DNA of 64,000 nt from Pseudomonadota bacterium (GCA_039714735.1 JBDLIT010000003.1:8494-72493), one strand, 5' to 3'; counted from the first letter of the stretch, positions 1 to 9,310 are shown. Numbers and translations: made by a program. Notes: generated from the letters alone by a model not told the origin.

Positions 1-1
1 C

Positions 2-271
2 GACCGCGCCTCCCGGTCGCTGAAGGCCATGTCCCACCCGTTGAGGTTGAAAATCCTCTGTACCCTGGGAGATGGAGAAGTCAGCGTACAGGATATCGTC
101 GAGCAGGTTGGGACCTCTCAGAGTAATATCTCTCAACATCTGGCCATTCTGCGTGACAAGGGCATTCTAGCCTCACGCAAGGACGCCAACAGAGTCTACT
201 ATCGGGTCAGTGATTTCAGGACGCTGAAGCTGATTGGGATGATGCGTGAGGTCTTCTGCACCCACACATAG
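2..271 (+). CDS. ArsR/SmtB-family winged-HTH repressor (SqrR/BigR/YgaV-like); 5' end probably cut by the window edge
   Basis: ORF 29..271, and the frame stays open back to base 2 (..SLKAMSHPLRLKILCTL). HTH signature SVQDIVEQVGTSQSNISQHLAILRDKGIL...RVYYRV. Two Cys residues (ILCTL and C-terminal VFCTHT). Confidence 0.8.
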   Translation, partial: DRASRSLKAMSHPLRLKILCTLGDGEVSVQDIVEQVGTSQSNISQHLAILRDKGILASRKDANRVYYRVSDFRTLKLIGMMREVFCTHT

Positions 272-449
272 CTCGCGGCCCTTATATTAGGGTATCTCTC
301 AGGCTATCGATTGAACGTCTTGAAAACCGTTTGGTTGCGTTGACTCTAAAAAACTGCCTTGCGTTAGCGACCAGGCCTTAACCATGGCACGCGACTGTTA
401 TACACTCTCACCCCTTTATCCCATCTAATCACTTGCAACGAGGCTTTTC

Positions 450-869
450 ATGCAACAACTCATCGAATTTACGATGAATCACTGGATCCTGGTGCTCTCT
501 TTCCTGATTATCGGCGGGTTGCTGATTTTTAATCTGTTACAGGGGACCAAAGGCAGTCTGGACCCGCATGGCGCCACTGAATTGATCAATCACCAGGATG
601 CTGTAGTGGTAGATGTACGCCCGGCCGCCGATTTTCACAAGGGACATATTATCAGCGCCATCAATATCCCGATAAACGGCTTTAAAAACCAGATTAACAG
701 CCTCCACAAACATAAAGAGCAACCGATCATCATCAGTTGCCGCTCCGGTTCACAATCCCAGGCTGCCTGTCAGCAACTGAAAAAAGGGGGCTTTGAGCAG
801 GTATTCAACCTCCGCGGTGGGATTCTGGCCTGGCAAAGCGCAAACCTTCCCGTTACCAGAAAGAAATAA
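450..869 (+). CDS. yibN: Membrane-anchored single-domain rhodanese (sulfurtransferase), YibN-like
   Basis: N-terminal TM helix (HWILVLSFLIIGGLLIF). Rhodanese fold motifs VVVDVRPAADFHKGHI and the active-site loop CRSGSQS. It sits directly upstream of secB-gpsA, as yibN does in E. coli. Confidence 0.75.
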   Translation: MQQLIEFTMNHWILVLSFLIIGGLLIFNLLQGTKGSLDPHGATELINHQDAVVVDVRPAADFHKGHIISAINIPINGFKNQINSLHKHKEQPIIISCRSGSQSQAACQQLKKGGFEQVFNLRGGILAWQSANLPVTRKK

Positions 870-887
870 CCAAAGGAATCCAATAAC

Positions 888-1370
888 ATGACTGAAGAAG
901 CCAAGCAGGAAGAACACAAACGCGAATTCGCACTCCAACGCATCTACACCAAGGACATCTCCTTCGAAACACCCAACTCCCCCGCGATTTTTCAAAAGGA
1001 GTGGAAACCGGAATCCAGCGTCAACCTGAATACAGAAGTCAAAAAACTGGCTGACGCCGTATATGAGGTTATGCTGACTGTCACCATCACGACCAAGACA
1101 GCAGAACAGACCGCATATCTCGCAGAGGTCAAACAGGGTGGGATATTCGCCATCAACGGCTTTCCCGATCAGGAGATGGGACCAATGCTCGGCTCATACT
1201 GCCCGAATCTGCTGTTCCCCTATGTTCGTGAGGTGGTCTCAGACCTTGTTACCAAGGGCAGCTTTCCGCAGCTGGTGCTGCAACCGGTCAATTTTGATGC
1301 GCTCTATGCTCAGCATCAGCAGGAACTATCCAACAAAATGGCTGAAGAGCAAGCCAGCGCAAAGCACTAG
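888..1370 (+). CDS. secB: Protein-export chaperone SecB
   Basis: FALQRIYTKDISFETPNSP...GPMLGSYCPNLLFPYVRE is typical SecB. Size is 160 aa, and the gene lies in secB-gpsA synteny. Confidence 0.95.
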   Translation: MTEEAKQEEHKREFALQRIYTKDISFETPNSPAIFQKEWKPESSVNLNTEVKKLADAVYEVMLTVTITTKTAEQTAYLAEVKQGGIFAINGFPDQEMGPMLGSYCPNLLFPYVREVVSDLVTKGSFPQLVLQPVNFDALYAQHQQELSNKMAEEQASAKH

Positions 1371-2371
1371 TGAGCAGTCAGGCCTCCATTGCTGTACTGG
1401 GTGCGGGCTCCTGGGGCACCGCACTGGCTATCCTGCTCAGTCGAAATGGACTGGATGTACGGCTTTGGGGCATGCCGGATGAGATTGCACGACTCATCCA
1501 GGACAGACAGAACAAGCAGTATCTGCCTGACATCGACTTTCCGGAGACCTTGACGCCAGTAGCTGATCTGGCAACAGTACTGCATGGCGTGGATGAAGTG
1601 CTCATTGTGGTGCCCAGTCATGCATTCCGCTCCGTCACTCAGGCCATCGCTCCTCTGCTGACCACAGACGCAGGCATCTCATGGGCAACCAAAGGTTTTG
1701 AACCCGGCGCCCAACGATTGCTCTCCGATGTGGCTGCGGAAATCCTGCCGGCACGCAATCTAGCGGTAATATCCGGACCCACCTTTGCCGGTGAGGTAGC
1801 CAGGGGCCTTCCGACCGCAGTTACGGTTGCCTCTGATTCCCTCCAGCACGCTGAAAAACTCGCCGATTATCTTCATGCGCCTTGGTTTCGAGCCTATACC
1901 AGCAACGATATGATTGGCGTTCAGGTAGGCGGGGCAAGTAAAAATGTCCTGGCCATTGCCGCCGGTATCGCCGATGGCCTTGGCTTCGGCGCCAACACCC
2001 GGGCAGCGCTTATCACCCGCGGTCTCACGGAGATCATGCGTCTGGGCACCAGATTGGGTGGCCACACAGAGACATTCATGGGCCTGGCCGGCCTGGGTGA
2101 TCTGGTGCTCACCTGTACCGACAATCAATCTCGCAACCGCCGCATGGGACTCGCCCTCGCGAAAGGGCTGACCATCGAAGAAGCCCGCCAGGAGATCGGC
2201 CAGGAGGTGGAAGGAATACATACCGCACAGGAGGTCTATAAACTTTCACGGAAATATGCGGTGGAAATGCCTATCTCAGAGCAGGTCTACCATGTTCTGT
2301 TTGAAGGCCTGAGTCCGAAACAGGCGGTGCATAATCTGCTGGACAGGCGGCAAAAGGCGGAGAACGGTTAA
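1370..2371 (+). CDS. gpsA: NAD(P)H-dependent glycerol-3-phosphate dehydrogenase
   Basis: N-terminal Rossmann motif VLGAGSWGTALA. Downstream motifs GPTFAGEVA, GGASKNVLAIAAG and LGDLVLTCTDNQSRNRR. The GTG start overlaps the secB stop. Confidence 0.95.
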   Translation: MSSQASIAVLGAGSWGTALAILLSRNGLDVRLWGMPDEIARLIQDRQNKQYLPDIDFPETLTPVADLATVLHGVDEVLIVVPSHAFRSVTQAIAPLLTTDAGISWATKGFEPGAQRLLSDVAAEILPARNLAVISGPTFAGEVARGLPTAVTVASDSLQHAEKLADYLHAPWFRAYTSNDMIGVQVGGASKNVLAIAAGIADGLGFGANTRAALITRGLTEIMRLGTRLGGHTETFMGLAGLGDLVLTCTDNQSRNRRMGLALAKGLTIEEARQEIGQEVEGIHTAQEVYKLSRKYAVEMPISEQVYHVLFEGLSPKQAVHNLLDRRQKAENG

Positions 2372-2372
2372 A

Positions 2373-2609
2373 CCTAGATTTCTCAGTTGACCGCTCCATT
2401 CTAGTGTTAACGAGTTGAAATTGTGTTTGTTTTGTTCACTAGACACCTTCACCCACTGGGTGAATTACGCTACGGGGTAGATTGCACGTTTGTGGCGGCG
2501 CATGTCTGCGTTACAACTCCTTGGAATAGAATAACTATTCCGCGTCATTGTGCCTTAACCTGCACCACCCCAAACGCACACTCTACCCCATCCAACTGAG
2601 GATTCTAGG
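2373..2609 (+). mobile_element. MITE-like 237-bp element, copy A (terminal inverted repeats, nested internal hairpin, no coding capacity)
   Basis: Ends CCTAGATTTCTCAGTTGA / TCAACTGAGGATTCTAGG are inverted repeats. A second copy lies at 52542..52778; by my hand count 199 of 237 positions are identical in an ungapped alignment. It starts 2 nt after the gpsA stop. Confidence 0.75.
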
Positions 2610-2643
2610 TTAACCCAGGGCATTTTTTCGCCATCACGCCACT

Positions 2644-3108
2644 TTATCTGGCGCCGGCATATCCGGTCTGCCGCCAGGCTTCGTAAAGAATCACGGACAC
2701 TGCATTTGAAAGGTTCAGACTCCTGCTTTCCGGCAGCATCGGTATTCGCAGTAGAGAATCAGGCTCAAGCCGGGCTAACAATGACTCAGGCAGGCCCCTG
2801 CTTTCCGGCCCGAAGAGTAAGGCATCACCAGATTCAAAGTTGGCGTCTGCATAAAAGCGCTTACCTTTCGTGCTACAGGCATAGAGGTGTTTCGGCGCGT
2901 GCTGTTGCAGAAAATCGTCGAGTGAATCATGCTCCCGCAGATCAGCCCATTCGTGGTAGTCAAGACCTGCCCGTCTCAAACGCTTATTATCCAGTTCGAA
3001 TCCAAGTGGGCGGATCAGGTGTAAACTACTGCCAGTATTTGCACATAAGCGTATGATATTCCCTGTATTCGGTGGTATTTCCGGTTCGAAAAGCACGATA
3101 TTGAACAT
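2644..3108 (-). CDS. trmL: tRNA (cytidine(34)/U34-2'-O)-methyltransferase TrmL (SpoU/TrmH family)
   Basis: MFNIVLFEPEIPPNTGNIIRLCANTG...LNLSNAVSVILYEAWRQ. Size is 154 aa, typical of YibK/TrmL. Confidence 0.9.
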   Translation of the reverse strand: MFNIVLFEPEIPPNTGNIIRLCANTGSSLHLIRPLGFELDNKRLRRAGLDYHEWADLREHDSLDDFLQQHAPKHLYACSTKGKRFYADANFESGDALLFGPESRGLPESLLARLEPDSLLRIPMLPESRSLNLSNAVSVILYEAWRQTGYAGAR

Positions 3109-3295
3109 CCAGTTACCTTTTATTAACGTTTTAAACGACAGCCCTGAAGTCTATTGCATCCTGATATGGAATCATTCCTTTTCTCGATCCCTCAATAATC
3201 AGTCACTCGCGGCCGCTAACACGCTTAGCCCATTGATGAACTGAACCTTGTGGGGCCGCTGCTGTAGACATCTTTGGCGAATATGGAACAACAAT

Positions 3296-4264
3296 ATGCC
3301 TGACACCAATCAATCTCCCCTGAACATCGAGTTCTGCGGTATGCCGTTCAACACGCCCATCGTGTTGCTCTCAGGTTGCGTGGGATTTGGTGAAGAGTAC
3401 ACACGGGTAAAGGGTTTCAGCAACCGGCAGACGGGCGCAGTCTGTCTGAAGGGAACCACGCAGGAACCCCGGCTTGGGAATCAACCCCACCGAATCTATG
3501 AAACACCCTCCGGCATGCTGAATGCCATCGGCCTGCAGAATCCGGGAGTCGATAAGGTGGTTGATGAAATACTTCCCACTCTGGATTTCAGTGAAACGCA
3601 TTTTATTGCAAACGTCTCCGGCTCCACAGTGGATGAGTACTACGAAGTCACTCGCCGTTTTGATGATTCCCCAATCGATGCCATCGAGATCAACATCTCC
3701 TGTCCCAATGTCAAAGAGGGTGGGGTCGCCTTCGGCAATGATCCCGCGATGTCCGCCAAGGTCGTCGAGGCTTGCCGCAAGGCGACCCGTAAACCTCTGA
3801 TCACCAAACTCTCGCCCAACCAAACCGATATAGCCACCAATGCAAAGGGTTGTATCGAGGCCGGCAGTGATGCCTTTTCCGTGATCAATACCCTGATGGG
3901 AATGGCCATCGATATCGAGAGCCGCGTCCCGATCCTCGGGAATAACCAGGGAGGCCTCTCCGGACCGGCTATCAAACCGGTTGCCCTGCTCAAGGTCCAT
4001 CAGGTCCATCAGGTCTGCAGGGATCACAACATACCCATCATTGGTCAAGGCGGCATCACTACCGCGGAGGATGCCCTGGAATTTATTATTGCCGGGGCGC
4101 ATGCCATCGGTGTGGGCACCGCGCTGTTCTATGATCCCCTGATCTGTCAGAAGATCAATGCGGGAATCCTCGACTATCTGTCCCGGCATGACCTGCCATC
4201 CGTTGATCATCTGGTCGGCACTCTTCAACTCCACCAACCAAAACTTCCAAAATGTGGTTGTTAA
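3296..4264 (+). CDS. pyrD: Class-1 type dihydroorotate dehydrogenase-like flavoprotein (PyrD family)
   Basis: Motifs NTPIVLLSGCVGFG, LNAIGLQNPG, EINISCPNV (Cys catalytic base, class 1) and IIGQGGI. The ATG at 3296 is preferred over the TTG at 3248 in the ORF track. Confidence 0.75.
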   Translation: MPDTNQSPLNIEFCGMPFNTPIVLLSGCVGFGEEYTRVKGFSNRQTGAVCLKGTTQEPRLGNQPHRIYETPSGMLNAIGLQNPGVDKVVDEILPTLDFSETHFIANVSGSTVDEYYEVTRRFDDSPIDAIEINISCPNVKEGGVAFGNDPAMSAKVVEACRKATRKPLITKLSPNQTDIATNAKGCIEAGSDAFSVINTLMGMAIDIESRVPILGNNQGGLSGPAIKPVALLKVHQVHQVCRDHNIPIIGQGGITTAEDALEFIIAGAHAIGVGTALFYDPLICQKINAGILDYLSRHDLPSVDHLVGTLQLHQPKLPKCGC

Positions 4265-4285
4265 GCTATCAGGACGTATAACACT

Positions 4286-5545
4286 ATGGAGAGTTCATCT
4301 CTGCAACCAAGCCCCGAAATCCTGGCCAAGCTGAATCCAATGAATGGGCTCAGCGGAGTTCAGCTACAATTGCTCGCCCAAACACTGCAAATACATTCGG
4401 CGCCCAAGGGCGGGGTACTCATGCAACTGGGTGATACCGCAGATTTCAGTCTCTATCTGCTGAAAGGCCGGATACAGTTACGCTCATCGGATGAGCGCCA
4501 CTTGGAAATTGCTGAACATTCGCCCCAGGCAATGGGTCCGATAGCCAACCTCATACCACGCCGCTATGAAGTTTCAGCACTGACACCCGTCGATTATCTG
4601 CTGGTGGATAATCAACTTCTGAAAGGTTTATTTGCGTCTCAGACCGCCGGGATCACCGCAACAGAAATCTATACTCAAGAGAACCCTCAAACTCGGGATG
4701 AAACCGAAAGTCTACTCTCACAGGCGCTGTCAGAAGATTTGGGAAATGACTGCCTGAGCCTGCCCAGTCTGCCTGATGTCGCCATTCGGGTCGGCCAGGC
4801 CATGAGAGATGAAACAACCAACGCACAAAAGCTGGCGCATATCATCCAAACAGATCCCGCCATCACTACTAAACTGATTCGCGCCGCGAACAGCCCGCTG
4901 TACGCAGGCGTCTCGAAAGTCGACTCGTGCAAGGAGGCCGTGGTCAGGCTCGGCTCCGACACAACCCACAAACTGGTGCTCACATTCGCTCTGCGGGAAC
5001 TCTTTAATGCACATTCAAGCGTATTGAAAAGCCGAATGCAGCAGTTGTGGGAGCATAGCATCAAGGTCAGCGCCATCTGTTATGTGCTGGCAAAACTGTC
5101 AAAGCAATTCAATGCGGAACATGCCCTGCTAGCCGGACTACTGCATGATATCGGTGTTGTAGCCATCCTCAGTTATGCGGATCGCTTTCCTGATGTGGCC
5201 AATAACGAGCAAGAGCTAAACTCTGTGATTCAAGACATGCGTGGACCCATCGGTGTACAGATTCTGCAGGCTTGGGATTTCATGGAAGATCTGGTGACCG
5301 TTGCCAAAGAGGCGGAAAACTGGCAGCGAGACAACGATGGACCCGCCGATTACGCAGACTTGGTGATCATCGCCCAACTGCACTGCTTCATCGGTTCTAC
5401 GATGACGCAGGATCTGCCCGGCCTGGATCAGGTGCCCGCGTTCAAAAAGCTGGGGATCGGTGAACTCTCTCCAAGAATGAGCATAAAAATCCTCGACCTG
5501 GCGGAAGAGAAGATTGCTCGCGCCGAATCGCTACTCAGGTCCTAA
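4286..5545 (+). CDS. HDOD-domain signalling protein with an N-terminal cyclic-nucleotide-binding-like domain
   Basis: The C-terminal half has HDOD hallmarks (LPSLPDVAIRV...IIQTDPAITTKLIRAANSPLY...LLHDIGVVAIL). The N-terminus resembles a cNMP-binding beta-roll (GGVLMQLGDTADFSLYLLKGRIQL). Confidence 0.75.
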   Translation: MESSSLQPSPEILAKLNPMNGLSGVQLQLLAQTLQIHSAPKGGVLMQLGDTADFSLYLLKGRIQLRSSDERHLEIAEHSPQAMGPIANLIPRRYEVSALTPVDYLLVDNQLLKGLFASQTAGITATEIYTQENPQTRDETESLLSQALSEDLGNDCLSLPSLPDVAIRVGQAMRDETTNAQKLAHIIQTDPAITTKLIRAANSPLYAGVSKVDSCKEAVVRLGSDTTHKLVLTFALRELFNAHSSVLKSRMQQLWEHSIKVSAICYVLAKLSKQFNAEHALLAGLLHDIGVVAILSYADRFPDVANNEQELNSVIQDMRGPIGVQILQAWDFMEDLVTVAKEAENWQRDNDGPADYADLVIIAQLHCFIGSTMTQDLPGLDQVPAFKKLGIGELSPRMSIKILDLAEEKIARAESLLRS

Positions 5546-5566
5546 CCCACTAGGCAGAGTAACTTA

Positions 5567-6610
5567 TCACTCTCGGCAATTTTCATTCTGGCCCAGCATC
5601 AAAGAGATAGCCCGTGTCTCATCATTGCTGTCGAGAATAATCTTCATTGTCATGGTCAGGGGCACCGAGAGAAACATGCCGACAGGCCCAAGCACCCAGC
5701 CCCAAAAAACCAGTGAGACGAATACGATCAATGGCGAAAGGCCAAGTCCCCGGCCCATAAAACGGGGCTCTATCAGGTTGCCCACCAGGCCGTTGATAAC
5801 CAGATAAAGCACCCCAGCCCAAAGAGCCGTCCATGGTCCTAACTGGATCCAGGCAAGCAGCACTGCCGGCACCGCTGCGATAATCGAGCCGATATTCGGC
5901 ACATAATTAAACAGAAAGGCTAACAAGCCCCAGAGCACCGGGTAGTCCACATCGAGCATCCACAGCCCGATGGAAACCAACATACCGGTCAATAAGCTGG
6001 TGCTGGTCTTGATCATCATGTACTGCTTGATGCTTGAGGTGATCGCCTCAATGCGTGCAACCGAGCTTGCCGGGTCTGATGAAATGGCCAGAAGCTTGGC
6101 CTGAAACCCTGCGGCTTCGACCAGAATGAAGATTACCGTAATCAGGATAAACAGCGCCTGAGTCAACACATTACCCAGACCACTGAGTAAATTACCCGCC
6201 AGGGCCATGGCCTTACCCGGGTTCAGATAGGCCAGCAAAGTCGCTTCATCGAAGATGACCCCATAGCCTTGCAAGAGGACCAACAAACCGTGACTTTGGG
6301 TGGTAAGACGTTCCTGATACTTGGGCAGATTATCCGTAAAGTCGTGCAGCGAACCGCCTATCATCCAGCCTAGCACCAAGCCAACCAGCACAATACCAAG
6401 CACAACAATGAGCATCGACAGCCATTCCGGCAGGCCCCTGGATTGCAGAAAGAACAAGGGTGGAGCGGCTATCACTGCGATAAACAGCGACAATAAAAAA
6501 GGCACCAGGAGTGGCTTGGCCGCCTGCATCCCGGCCACCAGAATCACAAAAGCGGCCAGCACCAACAGGAAACGGGTTGCTGATGAGAGGTTATTGACCG
6601 GCTGATTCAA
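5567..6610 (-). CDS. AI-2E family transporter (PerM/YhhT-like permease)
   Basis: A 347-aa polytopic membrane protein with the family motif FLFNYVPNIGSIIA...EPRFMGRGLGLSPLIVFVSLVFWGWVLGPVGMFLSVPLT. Confidence 0.85.
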   Translation of the reverse strand: MNQPVNNLSSATRFLLVLAAFVILVAGMQAAKPLLVPFLLSLFIAVIAAPPLFFLQSRGLPEWLSMLIVVLGIVLVGLVLGWMIGGSLHDFTDNLPKYQERLTTQSHGLLVLLQGYGVIFDEATLLAYLNPGKAMALAGNLLSGLGNVLTQALFILITVIFILVEAAGFQAKLLAISSDPASSVARIEAITSSIKQYMMIKTSTSLLTGMLVSIGLWMLDVDYPVLWGLLAFLFNYVPNIGSIIAAVPAVLLAWIQLGPWTALWAGVLYLVINGLVGNLIEPRFMGRGLGLSPLIVFVSLVFWGWVLGPVGMFLSVPLTMTMKIILDSNDETRAISLMLGQNENCRE

Positions 6611-6625
6611 ATTAACCGGACTGCA

Positions 6626-7024
6626 TCACTTGAAGACTGGGAGCGGGCTTTGCAGTGTCCATTGCTCAGTCTCTTCATCATATTCCCAGATCTGTTGATC
6701 CAACAACTCCCTGACACTTTGACTGGACTCGTGGACATACTGAATCAATACAGCCTGCAACGCCTTTATCTCACTCACCTGCGTAGGACCCTGTATGACT
6801 TCATAGTGGATGATGCGTAGATCTTTGCTCCTGGTAGGGCTGAATTTCGAAACATCATCTGAAGCAAAACTCTGAGCCTGTTGCATGGAGCCCCAGCGCA
6901 GAGTTGCTTCATATTTTCTCAGGGTTTCCACCAGAAAAGCAGCCTGCCTCTTTTCACCCAATGTCTGGCAGCCGGTTAAAGACCAGAGAAGTAAGGAAAG
7001 GAGGACAAATCTCATGAAAGTCAT
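6626..7024 (-). CDS. Hypothetical lipoprotein
   Basis: Signal peptide plus lipobox (LLLWSLTGC). Size is 132 aa and I recognise no domain. Confidence 0.55.
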   Translation of the reverse strand: MTFMRFVLLSLLLWSLTGCQTLGEKRQAAFLVETLRKYEATLRWGSMQQAQSFASDDVSKFSPTRSKDLRIIHYEVIQGPTQVSEIKALQAVLIQYVHESSQSVRELLDQQIWEYDEETEQWTLQSPLPVFK

Positions 7025-7065
7025 TCGAGCATTCCTCCTTCTCCCTCACTCATGATCGGTAACCT

Positions 7066-7674
7066 TTAGACAACCCGAGTGGGGATAATCCCGCGTTCCT
7101 CGAGAGCCTGAATCATTTGTGCAACTGACTCTTCCAGGGTGTCCTGTTCCGTATCGACCACTATTTCAGCCTTTAACGGTGGTTCGTACGGTGAGGATAT
7201 GCCGGTGAATTCCGGAATTTCGCCTGCTCTGGCCCGTTTATATAAGCCCTTCACATCCCGCTCTTCGCATTTGTCCAGCGAACATTTGACATAAACCTCA
7301 ATAAAGTCCCCGTGTGGAAACAATCCCCTGGCGCGGTCACGGTCTTCGCGGATAGGTGAGATAAAAGCCGTGAGCGAAATGACCCCGGCATCCACAAAGA
7401 GTTTACCCATCTCACCGATACGGCGGATGTTCTCGGTACGATCCTCGACACTGAAACCGAGGTCACCGCAAAGTCCATGGCGCACATTGTCCCCATCGAA
7501 AACATAGGTCCGACAACCTCGCTGGTGCAGCTCCTCTTCAAGCGCATGGGCAATCGTGGATTTACCAGACCCGGAGAGACCGGTAAACCACAGCAGTTTC
7601 GATCTGTGCGTATTGAGTTTTTCTCTGCGATCACGGGTGACTGTTGCGTGATGCCAAACGATATTGCTATCCAT
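7066..7674 (-). CDS. cysC: Adenylyl-sulfate (APS) kinase
   Basis: P-loop context [15 protein letters not shown], then [10 protein letters not shown]-type motif [17 protein letters not shown]. Size is 202 aa. Confidence 0.9.
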   Translation of the reverse strand: MDSNIVWHHATVTRDRREKLNTHRSKLLWFTGLSGSGKSTIAHALEEELHQRGCRTYVFDGDNVRHGLCGDLGFSVEDRTENIRRIGEMGKLFVDAGVISLTAFISPIREDRDRARGLFPHGDFIEVYVKCSLDKCEERDVKGLYKRARAGEIPEFTGISSPYEPPLKAEIVVDTEQDTLEESVAQMIQALEERGIIPTRVV

Positions 7675-8113
7675 CTATTAATCCTTCTGAATAAAGGCCA
7701 CAAAAAAGAACTTCCATTCGGTTAAGTGTGAAATCCTATCAACTGTGTTGCGGCTAAAGTTAGAGATTCTGAATATTTCCACAGGATACGGCAAACGGGC
7801 CAACTCTTTTGTCATTTCAATTGACGAGCCATATCGATACCTTCCGTATCAAAAAACCAATGACGCTTATCCCACCTTAGAACCCGGCTTGTCTGGTGAT
7901 TCATTATCAATCCAGGAAAGCCTTAGGAATTATAATTGTACTATAAAGTAGGCGTTGACATGGACTTAACATCACTATCTGCACAATGCAGATGCACGGC
8001 TTCTCCCCTGATACAAGACACAAAGGTTGCAAGAACTGAGAGAGACTAAACAAACACTGATCTCAAATCGCTGATAGAATGTCGACTGTTCAGTAGTGGT
8101 TTGGCAATTCAAA

Positions 8114-9310
8114 ATGCATAACAGTGAGCAGGAACCTCAGATTGAAATCACCCTTGGCGACAGCCGGGTCACCCTGTTAGGCACAGCCCATGTCTCCAAG
8201 GCCAGTGCCGAAAAGGTCACTGAGTTGCTTGAAAGCGGCAATTATGACGCGGTAGCCGTAGAACTCTGTCCCAGCCGCTATAACGCACTGCTAAATCCCG
8301 ATGCACTGGCCAAGATGGATCTTTTCAAGGTCATACGCGAAGGTCGGGGAACACTGGTTATGGCCAGTCTTGCACTGGGCGCCTATCAGCAACGCCTGGC
8401 GGATCAATTCGGCATCCAGCCAGGCGCCGAACAACGTGAAGCGGTCCGCATAGCCCGCGAATCGCACCGTCCCTTGTTGCTCATTGACCGTGAGATCAGT
8501 ATCACCCTCAAACGGGTCGCCGGTAATCTGCCCTGGTGGAAGCGGTTGGGCCTGTTTACCGGATTGCTGGCTGGCATCCTGTCCAAAGAAGATGTTTCCG
8601 AAAGTGAAATAGAAAAGCTCAAGGAAGGGGACATCCTGGAGACTACATTTGCAGAATTCGCAGAGGACCGCCAGGATCTTTACATCCCGCTAATCGATGA
8701 GCGTGATCGCTACATGGCCGCACGTATTCGTGAGGAGATCGAAGACAAAGGTCACGAAAACCTGCTGGTAGTGATCGGCGCCGGCCACATGCGGGGTATT
8801 GCCAGTTACCTGGAAAAGGGTGCCGGGATTCCACAAACCATCATCACCGAACTCGATCAGTTACCGAAAAAAAGTCGTTGGCCCAAGGTGATTCCCTGGG
8901 TGATTGTGGCGCTTATACTTGTCGGCTTCGTATTAGGTTTTCTGCGTAGCCCTGGGCTCGGTTGGCAACTGGTTGCAGACTGGGTATTGATCAACGGTGG
9001 CCTTTCAGCGTTTGGCGCCTTGCTGGCCGCAGCTCACCCTTTAACGATTCTGACCGCCTTCCTCGCCGCCCCTCTGACCTCACTCAACCCAACTATCGGT
9101 GCGGGGATGGTCACAGCCGCAGCTGAACTCTATTTACGTAAACCCACCGTGGCCGACTTCGGAAAGCTGAGAACCGACACCACAAATCTAAAGGGGTGGT
9201 GGCACAATCGGGTATCCAGAACGTTGCTGGTATTCTTTCTGAGCACCTTGGGCTCCGCTGCCGGAACCTACCTTGCCGGTTTCCGTATTGTTCAACGTCT
9301 AACCGGCTAG
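8114..9310 (+). CDS. TraB/GumN-family protein with a C-terminal membrane domain
   Basis: VTLLGTAHVSKASAEKV...VVIGAGHMRGI is characteristic of the TraB (pheromone shutdown-like) family. The C-terminus has several TM helices. The ATG at 8114 is preferred over the GTG at 8096. Confidence 0.7.
   Translation: MHNSEQEPQIEITLGDSRVTLLGTAHVSKASAEKVTELLESGNYDAVAVELCPSRYNALLNPDALAKMDLFKVIREGRGTLVMASLALGAYQQRLADQFGIQPGAEQREAVRIARESHRPLLLIDREISITLKRVAGNLPWWKRLGLFTGLLAGILSKEDVSESEIEKLKEGDILETTFAEFAEDRQDLYIPLIDERDRYMAARIREEIEDKGHENLLVVIGAGHMRGIASYLEKGAGIPQTIITELDQLPKKSRWPKVIPWVIVALILVGFVLGFLRSPGLGWQLVADWVLINGGLSAFGALLAAAHPLTILTAFLAAPLTSLNPTIGAGMVTAAAELYLRKPTVADFGKLRTDTTNLKGWWHNRVSRTLLVFFLSTLGSAAGTYLAGFRIVQRLTG

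Noticed and set aside
385-400. TGGCAC-gcgac-TGTTA upstream of the rhodanese gene, considered as a sigma-54 promoter.
   Set aside because: The -12 element lacks the GC dinucleotide at the required spacing. It is probably a chance TGGCAC.
3994-4015. A 9-bp tandem repeat (GGTCCATCA, about 2.4 copies) in the pyrD-like gene.
   Set aside because: It is in frame and short, and gives only a VHQ duplication. I noted it under the pyrD finding, but it is not a separate feature of interest.
3371-4237. A 288-aa ORF antisense to the pyrD-like gene. Similar long antisense ORFs occur at 1760..2221 in gpsA, 20742..21389 in hemE, 51357..51908 in mnmG, 58763..59311 in atpA/atpG and 59779..60435 in atpD.
   Set aside because: All lie entirely inside confidently identified conserved genes on the opposite strand. 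Their products are low-complexity and Arg/Gly/Pro-rich with no recognisable motifs. They are typical shadow ORFs.
7745-7951. A 68-aa ORF in the 440-bp cysC/TraB divergent spacer.
   Set aside because: It has a non-ATG start, no Shine-Dalgarno sequence and odd composition, and I recognise no similarity. The spacer more likely holds promoters only.
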